Shown: positions 12,459 to 23,491 of the stretch, piece after piece
How positions within the stretch are numbered: position 1 is the first letter of the stretch
Layout: each line of letters starts with the position of its first letter
Assembly: GCA_036172245.1 (NCBI GenBank)
Contig: JAYWIR010000066.1
Span: 248,001-312,000 of the forward strand
DNA: 64,000 nucleotides
Origin: Raillietiella orientalis
Taxonomy: Eukaryota
Direction of reading: 5' to 3'
Notes under the pieces: model-generated
Database searches by the model: none
What the model was told of the DNA's origin: nothing
What the model saw: the letters and a program-made list of their open reading frames with translations, nothing else
Program-made: the position numbers and the translations under genes

Positions 12459-13059
12459 TTTTGTTTGTTGTTTCCCTTCTCCGGCAGGAGAAGAGAAACA
12501 AACGCCTCCTTGAGACGTGGTACGGTTCGAGAGGCGCCAAACAGACCGGCGTGCCTCGGCACGGATGAGGGCATCTGACCCGGAAGGAACCGCATTTCCT
12601 GCTCGCACACCGAAAAGCGCCCCACGTGACGGAGCGAGGGAGTTTCCAGTGGAGACCCTGACGGCGGAGGCCGATTGCGTAAAGTGGGCGGGCATTCGAG
12701 GGGGGAATTTCGCGGGGATCTCGACGGGGACTTCAGACGGGATGCTCAGTGAGAGGTTAGGAAAACGACAGACACTCTTGGCTTTGCTTCATGGAACCGG
12801 CATGAGGAAGCGATGTCTTTGTCGCCGTTGCTTCCTTTGATTTTTGGTCGGAAACGACAAGAGCACGTCGCTCTGAAGAAAAAAATGTCTCATTGGTACG
12901 GCAAGGAAACGATCGGATCTTTCGTGCAGACACGAAGAATTTCATACGCTCTTCCGACCCACATTCTGCAATGCTTTACACGCGTTCAGATGCTGATTTT
13001 TTTCTTTTTCTCTTTTTTTTTTCTTACAAGAAAGCAACGTCTCCGTTTACTTTTTTGGT

Positions 13060-14900
13060 CATGATGGTACTCCCTTAGGCAAAGGGAGGTTGCATGGCAC
13101 CATAGAGAGTGTTTCGGATGCTCAATGGGATAGCGAAAGCGCTACCTGACTTTGGTCGGCCAAGCGCTGAAGAACCATTCGCCTCTTCAGGAAGGGGAGG
13201 GAGCAGGTCACGAAGCTCTTTGACTTGTCCACGCCATCCCGAGGGTGAATGTAACTCCTCAAGTTATAGGGGATACCTCGGGAAGAGAATCACCCTATGA
13301 ATCCAGGAAGGCTCCGGAGGAAGGAGTCCATTCCTCCCTTACTCTCCGAAGGGAACCCCGCACCTCTTCATTCTCTCCAGAGAGAATCACCAGGGGGAAA
13401 GGGCCACTCCTCGCTCCTTCTCCGGAGGAAATCCGCAAGGGAACCGCTGCTTCCTTGTTTCCTCCTCTGAAGAGAACCCCGAAGGGTGCAGCACACTTCT
13501 TGACACTCTGGAGAGGCGATCCCCGACGGGAGCGTCAACCAGCTCCACGGTACGGTTCCATTTCGAAACCGGAGGGAGTCCCGAAGGGAGCCGGTGTTCC
13601 GTGATTCCTGGAAGGATCCTGGATGGTCATCAGCTTCCAATCCCGGCCAGTCGACGGGAGCATCCGGGAGTTTCCAGCTCCAACGAGTGCCGAAACACCC
13701 GAAGTCCGTGGGCCAATCAGCGTCATCCGGCGGGGGGGGGGGGCTCGAAAACCCACGACACATCCTCCGTTTTCGGCGTCGATCTTCTCCTTGGTGGGGA
13801 TTCGAACCCCCGAAGCCTGGCACCACGCTCGCGGAGGCGGCAGCCGCCCGGCCAGCAACGCGGACTGACTTTGCGGACATCCAGCTCGGCAACGAACAAT
13901 CGGGACGAACAAAAGGCTGGACTTTCAACCCATCACTACAAGCTTCGATTCGGGTCAGCACTCCAGGACGAGATTGCGCAAATGCCGGGATGACACTCTC
14001 CTCGCAACTGTTCCCGAAGCAAGCGCTTTTTCCCCGTGAGAGTTCTTTTTTCGTGAGCGCCCACATGCAGGCGTTTGCATTCTCAGCCTCTGGAGCGGCA
14101 GGTGGTTCGTTCCGGCGGAGTCCTGGCAGGCGCCTGACTCCTGTCACGCACCTCCAGCAGTGATCGGCGATGCACCAAAGGGGCCTTCATCTTCTCGAGG
14201 TCGGACGAGACTCGAGATGGTTCACTTAGAAGGTCCAAGGCAGTCAAGCTAGTGCTGGCGGGAGGACACCAAAAAGAACCGCTCGCGACGCCGCTTCTCG
14301 CGTGTGGTTCTTGGCGCTGCACCATCCTGAGTTGCGGAGAGCGATAGCGTTTTTCCGGTGCTGCTGGAATCCTTCGTCTGCCCGACACCGCGCCAAATAC
14401 GAGCAGACCTCCCGTTTCCGTGCTGCTCCTGCACTACCAAAGCGCAGCCCTTGGCGTAGTCAGGAGGGAGTCACGGACAAGAATGACGCCGCGCAAGAAC
14501 CTCCTCCTGAGGAGGAGAAGAAAAGATCGCGGTACTCGAAGAGTTCTCAACTCGTGCAGCTCTGATTTTCCTCTACGAGATCGAAACGCCAGCATCGGGT
14601 CTCGGGAGAGCTTCTTCGCTTTCCCCAACAAGCGAGGGAGGGAAGGAAACGACAAGGGCCGGGATGGAATTTCCCACGTTCGAACTCGCGGTCGCGGGTA
14701 TCTCGACGTGGAGGGGACGCGCAGGAACCCAGGGGGAAAGGTCGGACCTCACCCGCCTCCGTTCTTTCGCCAGAGCATCCCTCTTCCGAAAATTTCGAGC
14801 GCACAGTACCGCAGCTGAGTGGAAAGTCACGGCGACCTCCCTTGTCCCTTGAAAGGAAACGTACGCCCACATTCGGACCTATTTCCGTAACGTTCGTGAC
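13060..14900 (+). repeat. Unclassified repeat family X, near-complete copy
   Basis: Contains the family signatures ggtcacgaagctctttgac, caccctatgaatccaggaaggctcc, ttccaatcccggccagtcgacggg and agcctggcaccacgctcgcggaggcggc, which recur in the copies at 20.9, 22.7, 29.3, 55.0 and 62.8 kb. Confidence 0.75.
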
Positions 14901-15149
14901 TTTCCTCCCCCAGCTCTCTCTGCACGCCACGAAAGGGCAGGAACATCCCCGCAAAGTGGGTCCTTTGGAGGTTCCTGTGAAATCAATTGCTACACAACTG
15001 CGCGACACCGATTCAGGTCGATGAATAGGCAAAGTTGTCTTTTAGCACGAGTAAATGTAAAACCTGCAATGTTATGGGTGGAGGAAAAAAAGAAAGAAAA
15101 AACCACGGTCTTTCAAGAGGATCGATATAATCATTCAAATCCAACATTG

Positions 15150-18110
15150 AGGGGGGGAGGGGGGAAGCAAAAACAAAAACCAAATCCAATATTTCTTAAT
15201 GCCAGACACAAAAAAACACACAAATACACACGAAAAAGGCATTTTTTTTTTTTTACACATACCGTTTGCCGATTGAACGATTCCCAGCGGTTAAAAGGTT
15301 GCAGCAAATTGTAGCGGCGTTTTTTTGCTCGCAATGGAAACTGCAGTTTGAGGGTTTCAAGGACTCCTCGAGAGACACAAGTGCGCGGCCCGCAGTTCTG
15401 GGTTTATAATCCAGTGTTTCAAGGACACTGAACCTTGAACGATCAAGAATGAACGATTGCGGTTTAAAACGGGAATCGAAGAGTCCGAGCGGCCACAAAA
15501 GATTCGTGGCAGTGGCCATCTTTGCAAGAGCAGCACCGTGAAATATCCTCCGCATCGACTCCATCGAGAAACTCGACGTCCCGCGTTTTCAGATCGGTGA
15601 TTCCCAAGAGGAAAAAAGCCTTGGCACCCATGATGGGGCCGTGGCTTTTCCGGGAACGCCACAATCTCCCCCCACAGACTGGGGATTTGGGGGTTGAACC
15701 TCCTCAACCACCAGAGCACCCTGGCATTTCATCGGGTGGGCAGGTCTTTCTGGGGAGGGAAGATCCGAGCGTGGGCACAGCGAGAAGTGGATGTGCATTT
15801 ATGGGTTCCCTGGCACCTGGTTTCTCGCCTTGCAATTGGCTCGGAGCTGGAAGAATCGTCCCCTTCCAAATTGGTTGCTCGCATGAATGTAGAAGATCCG
15901 CCAGAAGTATCCGAAAGTGAAAGGACGTTCCAGGGTTGCTGGAAACGGAAGCAGGGAAGGGAACTCCGCCGTGCGAAGCGCCGGCAAAAGCTGCGGTAGC
16001 ACTTGCAGAAAAGGTCGATCGCCGCTGGAAAGCATCCAGAAGGACCTTAAGTGCTCGGAGTATGGCCAAGCTGGTGGCGATGAGGTCACATGGCGGAAAG
16101 GAAGGAAACTTTCTCGCTCTGCTCCTTCTCCATCGTAGCCTTCCCCTCCCCGAGGAAACCTTTCCCGCCCTTTTTTTTTTTTTTTTTTTTGTTTGTTTCC
16201 CTCCCGTTCGCTGCTGAAGTTTGCCACCTTCCATCCCGGAGACTCCAGCCAACAGGCTGCGCGCGTACGCGTACGCGCGCGCCTCGTTGGTCAGATTGTC
16301 CGTCCGACGCCTCTGACGGAAGGAGGAGATTGGAATCTCCGCACGCTTCCTTCGGCCAGCCAGTCGCCTCGCGGGCCTTGCAAGGATGTCTTCCGCTCCC
16401 TGCTTGAGACTCTGGGAGCGTACGCATTCGTGGCCACAAGATCGATGGAATAGGTCGAGCCCACTTGGGTGTCAGCTGGCCGACCCGACAACCTTCTTCG
16501 TCGAAGCGCAAGCCTCTCGCGAGCCTCGCGACGGCCGGCTGAAGGAGGAAAGCCACCCAGCAGGAGGATAGCGGAAGCCGCAATGCCACAGCAGTGGGCC
16601 ACCCGCTCGACATCCCGAGCCTTCGCCGCAGAGATGACGCGAATCTCCTGCAGGAGCAGGAACACGAGATCGAAGGACCGCAAAGCGGCAGCGATGTTTC
16701 GTCTCCTCCCGTCGTCGCTTGGCCCGTCGACATTCCAACAGGCGATTCCCGGCATTAAAAACTGGGAAAGTGAACGTTGCGGCACCTGCATCCTGAGCGG
16801 ACGAGATGCTGTCGGGGTGGACGGGCACCTCAGGTACCCTGGGCAGCCTTTTCCACCTCCTCCGCGTCGGAGCCTGGCACTTTCTCCGGCGATGAGTCCC
16901 GCGTTCTCACGCTCATCGCATCCTCGCTTCTGGAAGAGAGCTCTTCCCTTCCGGGAAGGAGGAGATGTGCCTCCCCGGAGCTCTGGCTCTTGCGTCCAGA
17001 TTTCCGGAGGAGACGGAAGATGCCCTTCCGGCTTCCGCGTCCGACATCTCGGACCCCTTGCTGGAGGCCGGACATCTCAAGGCTTTCTTCGCGGCCTTGG
17101 AGGGTTTTCGCAGCGTGGCTGAGAGTACTTCCGCCTCCCGTGCGAAAGCGTCGTCGCCATCGTCGACGGCGACGACAGGCGCCACCGCTTCGCCCCCCCT
17201 CCTTGTTTGTTTCCTCGGAGAGTGGCGTGCTGGCAGCGGCGAATTCGGCTCGATCGCGGGAACCGCTCGATGCCCACGCTGCAGCTCAGTTTTTCCTGTA
17301 CGTGGCGGATTTTCCATGCACCTCGCGATATCATTTTCCCTTTTCCTCTCCTTTTTTGTTGCTTTTGGTTTCTTACCTGCTGCCATCCAGGCACCCGGAT
17401 GTTTTCTTCCCGTTACTTGCTGAAGTCGGCGCGCGGCAGCAGCCTTGGTTGGTTGCGCGGAGGTCACGTTTTCCGCAGAAATCTTTTTCGTGCTGGCCTC
17501 GCGCTTTGGCAGCTTTGGTCCGGGGGCACGCCTTCGGAGTGTGTCCCATGGTCCCGCACACCTGAATCTTTATCTCGGACACCTCTTTTTCAGAGGTGCC
17601 CCGAAGCAGTGTTGCATTGCGCGCAATGCTCGGGTTTTGGCCCACGAACCATAAGTCAACCGGTCCCCCGGCGACTTGCAGCTGGTGGAGCAAACCCACG
17701 ACCCCTCGCGGTTATGCGTGCTGCGGAAAGGCCACAAAACATCGCTCCCATCGAACCCTTTCGAAGGGGGGAGGGGGCTTGGCCCGCCGAGCGTGCACCG
17801 CTCCGTACTTTCTTAATTCGTTCCGCACGACGCCTTCCGTCATGCGGAACGTTACTCCTGTGAGATGGACCGCTATTGATTGGTCCATTGTGACCGGAAG
17901 GAGGATCCTGCCTCCCATCACCGTGGGAGCCAGACCTGCCTCCTTACTGGTCACCTCGTGCTGATCCCTGCTGCGAGTGGAGAGAGCATGAAAGTCTTCC
18001 TTTGGAAAGGAGCGCGCGGCCTCAGACGAGTACAATTGACCTGACTTGAAGAGGAGGCATGGGCCTCCAGGTTTTTCACGTTTTGCCGGGGTGTTTATTA
18101 TTAAAATAAA
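15150..18110 (-). mobile_element. Degenerate L1/Tx1-clade non-LTR retrotransposon (ORF1, APE endonuclease start, deleted RT, C-terminal Zn motif)
   Basis: ORF1: VHLTGVTFRMTEGVVRNELRKYGAV... LQVAGGPVDLWFVGQ... CGTMGHTPKAC (RRM plus CCHC knuckle). ORF2 start: IACWNVDG..DDGRRRNIAAALRSFDLVFLLLQEI (APE WNV.G and LQE motifs). C-terminal CCSCKDGHCHES. T-rich tail at ~15150-15250. Many stops and frameshifts. Confidence 0.85.
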
Positions 18111-18179
18111 TAACAAAATTATTCCATTTTTATGAACGTTTGTTCATTGTTATATGGTTGAAGCTTAGGAGAGCATTAT

Positions 18180-18858
18180 GGTCTACCCAAAGAAATATTA
18201 CGCGGACGGCCCGAGGCTAGTGAACTAGCTCGCAGCGAACCCGCTGTTGATGCCGTTCCGCCTCCTATCTCAGCGCCAGCTCCAGCTAGAGGATCAGGAC
18301 CTCGAAGGAGGTTCCGTCCCAAGCCGAGCAGAGGTGACCTGAGTTCTCAGCATCCCACCAGAAGCATTTCCCTGAGCCAGATGCGCCGACCCCGACACCC
18401 CAGTATCTATCCACCCCACCACCCTCCGAGATGCGGAATGATCCATTGTGGTTGGACACCTTCCTAGTAGACAGAGACCACGGGTATACTCAGGATGGCG
18501 GAGTTCTTCGAACGACTTGCTGACGCTCACCACCGTCGTGATACGGAAGCGGAAAGACAGTTTAGTTCTTTTCCACTCAACGGCCTCTACCGGGGTCTAT
18601 CGCGATGTACTTACGTGCATTGGTGATGTCACTGATCAGACAGGATAGCTGGTTGAATGGGAACATTCTGCTATGCCATCTTTTCGTCTCCACGGTGGTG
18701 TCCAGGGATGGTTCGGTAAGGTTGGATCCGCTACGCACGTCATCTACGAGAGGTATCCGTCACCTGGCGTCGCAGCGTTCAGGATTCTATGCGATTATAG
18801 TCGGACGATTGCGCAAGATCCCAACGACCCAATCCATACCGATTGGGACCTCCCCTAG
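18180..18858 (+). pseudogene. Probable endogenous viral element: partitivirus-like capsid protein fragment
   Basis: Frame ending at 18858 reads VLTCIGDVTDQTG*LVEWEHSAMPSFRLHGGVQGWFGKVGSATHVIYERYPSPGVAAFRILCDYSRT...TDWDLP*, resembling from memory the partitivirus coat-protein pattern (IG.v.D..G...P....G.FG.v...H..Y..yP.PgV.a.rI..D...WdLP). Preceded by a Pro/Ala/Arg-rich N-terminal-like segment in a different frame. Contains stops and frameshifts. Confidence 0.65.
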
Positions 18859-18882
18859 GATATATAAGACCTTCCAAGTATA

Positions 18883-18916
18883 GTGGTAGAACACTTGGTT
18901 CTACCAAGTGTTCTAC
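18883..18916. repeat. Perfect palindrome; left member of an inverted pair
   Basis: gtagaacacttggt-tct-accaagtgttctac (14-bp stem, 18886-18916). Its reverse complement aligns with 20529-20560. Confidence 0.85.
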
Positions 18917-18989
18917 GACGGAAAGGAATGGAGCGCTCTCCATTTCTTTCCGTCGTGACCCAAGTTTCAAAAAAAAGAAGGAAGCAAAA

Positions 18990-19790
18990 AGTTTTCCTGA
19001 GGAGGAGGGAGGGACCGCATTTCGCCATCCAGGCACCCGGATGTGCATCCTGCCCAGGATGCCGACGAGTACTGTCCTTTTTTCACCTAGGTGGACGCTC
19101 TTCAGGAAGATCCGCGCCCAGCGGATGGCATTCGATCCAACAGATATGCAGCAGCGGACGACGAGGGACGCGGCTGGAGGCAGAACGGCACCACGCACGA
19201 GGAGGCGCCAGGGGCACAGTCCAGCAGAAGGAGAGTCTCCTTCTCTCCGCAGTTGCCCGCTTGCCCTCCAGGTAGGCCTTGTGTTCCTCCATGCCTCCCG
19301 GAGTCGGAGCAGCAGCCACGGCGTTCCATGCTCTCGCTGGTGCGGGGCTGCCTGTGGGCTCCCATTGGCTGGGGGGAATCCATGAGGCCATATCCCTCTG
19401 GCCACCCTCGGTGGATCGTTCGCGGGGTGGACGGAGAGAGGCAGATTCTGGGTGCTGCCACTCGGATCGCCGAAGCGGCAGGCGTCGGGACGCGCGCACG
19501 GCCAACGCACCCATGCGGCACTGGGCGGGAAAATGTCGAAAAGGTGGCGATCCACGCGAAAGCAGCTGCTGACGCCTCGATGGCCTCTGGGCCGATGCCT
19601 CAGCGGCTTCAGAACGGCGGTGCGTCCCGCGCCGGCGTGGAAGACGACGGTTGCGCGATGAGGCTCCGCAGCGCGGGACCACGTCCACGACGTCCGGACG
19701 ACCATGCTCGCTGGAGCAGCAGTGGTACCGGGGCGGACGAAGCGAGGGGCGGAGCGCCGCGACGAAGTCGCCGTTCATGCCTCAGGGGAG
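18990..19790 (-). mobile_element. Second L1/Tx1-type ORF1 fragment
   Basis: Shares ccatccaggcacccggatgt (HPGAWMA on -) with the element at ~17385, in the same orientation. Heavily frameshifted. Confidence 0.55.
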
Positions 19791-19807
19791 CTTTCACCCA
19801 TGCCAAC

Positions 19808-19998
19808 CGTGGACAGGGATGAGTCGCCTGTGAAAGACTACAGGGCATGCAAGTACGGAGAGAAATGCCAGTTCGCCAACGGTCACCTCGAGGTCGGGGC
19901 GCAGCCCTGCCGCAACAAATACAAAACGGAACTGTGCCGCTCGTACCACACCAAGGGGTCCTGCAACTAGGCTTCCCGTTGCCACTTCGTGCACAGCG
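19808..19998 (+). pseudogene. TIS11/ZFP36 (tristetraprolin)-type tandem CCCH zinc-finger fragment
   Basis: [49 protein letters not shown] matches the family consensus CKYG.KCQFAHG..EL....[11 protein letters not shown].F...G.C.YG.RCHFIH. In-frame TAG at the conserved Tyr, H>N in finger 1, and a frameshift before it. Confidence 0.88.
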
Positions 19999-20239
19999 GT
20001 CTCTACCTGACCCCCCTCCTGCTACGAGGAGGCTGCGCACCCACTTCTCCCGCCCCCATTCTTCTGCCTCGCAGTATCTTCAGCAAGCTCTGCAGCTAAG
20101 AAGAGGGACGCGCTGCCGGACTGCAGTTTCAAGCTGTCTTTCGTAATCTTGTGATGAGCGAGCAAACTTCCGTTTGCCGAAACCTCCCTTCCTCCCTTTG
20201 CACTCCGACCGTCCCCTGCTGCTCCTCCTCCTTCATGAA

Positions 20240-20408
20240 TCCAAGAGCTTCGTAACCCCCCCCCCCCGCCTCCCTTTGTGAGGCGAATGGTTCTTCGGCG
20301 CTTGGCCGACCAAAGTCAGGTAGCGCTCTCGCTATCCCGCTGAGCACCCGAAACACTCTCCTTGGTGCCACGCAACAACCTCCCTCTGCCTAAGGGAGTG
20401 CCATAATG
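20240..20408 (-). repeat. Repeat family X, 5' fragment in inverted orientation
   Basis: The reverse complement of 20280-20408 is nearly identical to 13060-13185 (ctcccttaggca.agggagg...gcgctacctgactttggtcggccaagcgc.gaagaaccattcgcctc), and similarity continues into acgaagctctt. Confidence 0.9.
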
Positions 20409-20528
20409 TCAGAACTGCCGCTGATTCTCCACAGAACACACACACGACCTACAAAGGAGAGCCACCGCCAGCCGAAGAGCGAACGCGAGGCGCGTCCAAC
20501 TCGCAAAGGTATGTGTGCGTGTGTGTGT

Positions 20529-20560
20529 GTGGAACGTGGTAGAACCACGTGTTCCGCCAC
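20529..20560. repeat. Palindrome; right member of the inverted pair
   Basis: gtggaacgtggt-aga-accacgtgttccgccac, compared with the reverse complement of the left copy, gtagaacacttggt-aga-accaagtgttctaccac. Confidence 0.75.
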
Positions 20561-20639
20561 AAAATTAATTACTTCATGGAATAAATAAATGTCCCGACGA
20601 AACCTACAAAAAGCCCCTGTCTGACCGAACATTCCGACA

Positions 20640-22990
20640 GGCAGCCCGTTCGAGCTCCAGAGTCCTCCGCGAAGGTCACCCGGACCTGCTCTGCGGAGCT
20701 GCGGTCAACCGGCTCGTCCCTTCGAGGAAGGTCCAAGAGTTTGAAGTGGGGAGACACGGGGAGAAGGCCATCTTCCCCATTTCTGTTTCGCTGCTTCCCT
20801 TTTTTTTTTTTTTTCTTCTATTTCCGGGCCTTCCTCTTGAGGGAAGGAGGGCTGGTTCGCAAAGCACTCAAAAAACCGCTCTCCTGGAGTCTCGAAGCTC
20901 TTTGACGCTATCCGCACCACCCGAGGGTGCGTGTTGACCCTTGAAGTCAAGGGGTCACCCTTGGAGGGGACCACCCTATGAATCCAGCAAGGCTCCCGAG
21001 GAAGAGGTCCGCCCCTTTTAAACTCTAGGGAGGGGAACCCCGAAGGGAACCGCCTCTTCCCCATTCTCTCCGGAGGGGTCTCCCGGTTTTCTCTTGATTT
21101 CTCCTCCGAAGATAATCCGGAAAAGGATCCGCTCCCGGAATTTCTTCTCCAGAAGGAACCGCTCCTAGCTTGCCCCGCTGAAGAGAATTCCGAAGGAACG
21201 CTTCCGAGTTTTCTCTGAAGGGAGCAGCGTGCTTCTTACACTCTGGACCCCGCGAGGTGGGGAGGGGCATCGGTCGTCTCCATGGTAATGGTTCCATCTT
21301 CACCACAGGATAGGAACCACGAAGGGCTCCTGGATGTGCTGGAAGGACTCTGAATGGTCGACTTCCAGTCTCGGCCAGTCAACGGGGCATCCGGGGGTTT
21401 CCGCCAGTGCCGCCGCTCCCGAAGAGGCCAGCCAGCGTCATCTTGCGGGTGGAGATCGAACTCTCACCCCGCACCCTCCATTCTCGTCGTCGATGCATCC
21501 TTCCCCGGGAGGGGATTGGAACCCGCGACCGGCCTGGAGCCATGCTGGCGGAGGCAGCGGCCACACGGACGCCAACTCAGGCGCGATTTCAGGGTACTGG
21601 ACTAGTCGAGTCGCTCAACAGCAGCAAACAAGTGAGATCAGACAGACGCCTGCACACCCCTCAGCGTCCTGGCGAAAGGAGGGTTGCTGAGCTTGAGCTG
21701 AGTCTCCAGAACGCATGGATCCTCTGGAGGGTGGACGGAGGCACGGAAAGCTACCCCTCCGGGGCGTGTCCGTGCCACTCTGGGGCACCGGGAGAACACA
21801 CACTGGTTCTCTGAGGAGAGTATCGAAGGTCCCTTCTGGAACATCTGAAGGTATCCCAGTAGGGATTCAAGGTACTGCGAGTCCTCGGCGTAGCCACTTG
21901 CGGCCTATCGCCGCACCCTCTCCGTGGGGGAACACCATGGAGGGGGCGTGCACCTCTTGGGAACGTCACGCCCTCTGCCTCTCTTCCTGAGGACTTCCGC
22001 GTTCGAGTTCCGGGCATGGGGGACGAGAACGGGGAAACGGAAACCCGGTGAATGAGGCCGAAGGTCTGAGAGGCCCGCAGATCCGTGTGGGGGGTTATAA
22101 GAAGGCTCTGCTTGTAGAACTGACCCTGGCAGTGGCTTGGAACCTTCCCCCTGCCCTCTTGCGGGCTCCCAGGGAGCACTGCAAGGTCCCCTCGAGTCTG
22201 GCTCCTGGGAGAAGACGGGGAGCCCGGGAGTCGTCCCTGTAAGCTCGCCCGCCGCGGGTAAGCCTAAAGGCGTCCCCTCCCCCCGCCTCGCTTCCCTGCC
22301 ACGGCCGAGTGTCGCGGTTTCGGCTTGCCGGCCTTCGAGGAAGACCGGTCGGGTAGACCACCGTGGCTCTTGTTGATGAACGACGGGTCCACGTGGATCT
22401 TCCACACAGTAACGGGTCGCGGGTCGGGATGCCACCTTCCTTGGTCCCTCGACGAGGTCCTCGAAGGCTCGCGACGTCCCTCCTGCGGGCATCGCAGGAC
22501 TCACATACGAGGAAGACACGCCAGAGCTTCCGAAGCATCAGACCGGGGATGCGGAGGGTCCCTGCTGTTCCCGACGGAATGCGTCGGCGAGCTCCATGTC
22601 CCTGGCCCTGCTGCTGATCCGCTAGGCAAGGATGCGTCCCATAGATGCTTGTTAGGGGGTGGGGATCGAGGTACAGGAAGTGCATGTGAATCCCCGAAGT
22701 TACTTCGGGAGAGAACCACCCAGTGAATCCAGGAAAAGGGTCCGTTCCTCTTGCTCCTAGAAGGGAAACCCCGAAGGGCTCCTCGGTTCCCGGAAGCACA
22801 CCGGACGGTCAGCTTCCCAATCCTGGAGGCCAGCCAACGGGGGCACTTGATTGTGGGCTCGCGGAAGGACAAGCTTTGGGGGCCGCTGTCGTAGAGGATC
22901 GAGGAGACGTCAGGAGGGCGGCCAGCATCCCAGGAGCATCCGTCTTCTCAGGAGTTCAGCCACACTCCGAGGAGGGGAGCAAGTAAGCCG
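20640..22990 (+). repeat. Repeat family X, long copy plus a partial tandem second copy (~22640-22990)
   Basis: Signatures cgaagctctttgac (~20893), accaccctatgaatccagcaaggctcc (~20970) and ttccagtctcggccagtcaacggg (~21363); a second accacccagtgaatccaggaa at ~22715. Confidence 0.75.
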
Positions 22991-23019
22991 GAACGGACGG
23001 GTGAAGGGAAAAACCGGCG

Positions 23020-23491
23020 GCGGCTCCAGCCGAGTAAGGCCTCGGGCTGCAAAAAAACTCCCGGCGGAAGCTCGGCGACTCCATCCACCTGTGGCTTTCG
23101 AGCCCCGTTTGCTGACGTCATTCTTGAGCTCCGCAGCCTCAGTGATGAGCGCCTCGCACATGCCCAAACGGATTCTTCAGCGACTCCGTTTCAAAGAGCC
23201 TGCTTGCTGACGCACGATCATCCCTCGCCCGATCCCGTCCCGTTGCGCGTCGATATGGGGAACAGCCGCAGTGGTGACGGTCCCGCACATCTGCGCCTCC
23301 TGCTCCTGGCTCAACCACTTGACCCTGCTCCCACTGGCGCTCCTCCTCTTCTTCACCTTGTTGCTGTTTACGTTCGTCTTCACGCCGTAACACGCGTTGG
23401 GCTGAAGCAGCTCGTCGCCACGGCGCACCGGCTCCACCGGTCGGGGATTGAGAAAGAACCGGTGCGAAGTCCTTTTGAGCCACGACACCAT
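23020..23491 (-). mobile_element. pogo/Tigger (CENP-B-like HTH) DNA-transposase remnant
   Basis: GSRVKWLSQEQEAQMCG...LITEAAEL...GSKATGGWSRR...F...RGLTR resembles the CENP-B/Tc5 HTH pattern (G.k...l..e.E..l...A..l...fkas.gW..rF..RhgL). No DDE domain seen. Confidence 0.5.

Noticed and set aside
12217..12540. N-terminal extension of the acetyltransferase ORF
   Set aside because: It translates the GAA/GGA minisatellite; family similarity begins at ATG 12216, and a splice-acceptor-like tgtttcag lies just upstream.
13125..13185. Hammerhead ribozyme (GAAA ... CTGAAGA)
   Set aside because: The stems and cleavage triplet do not fit the hammerhead topology, and the second copy lacks both core motifs.
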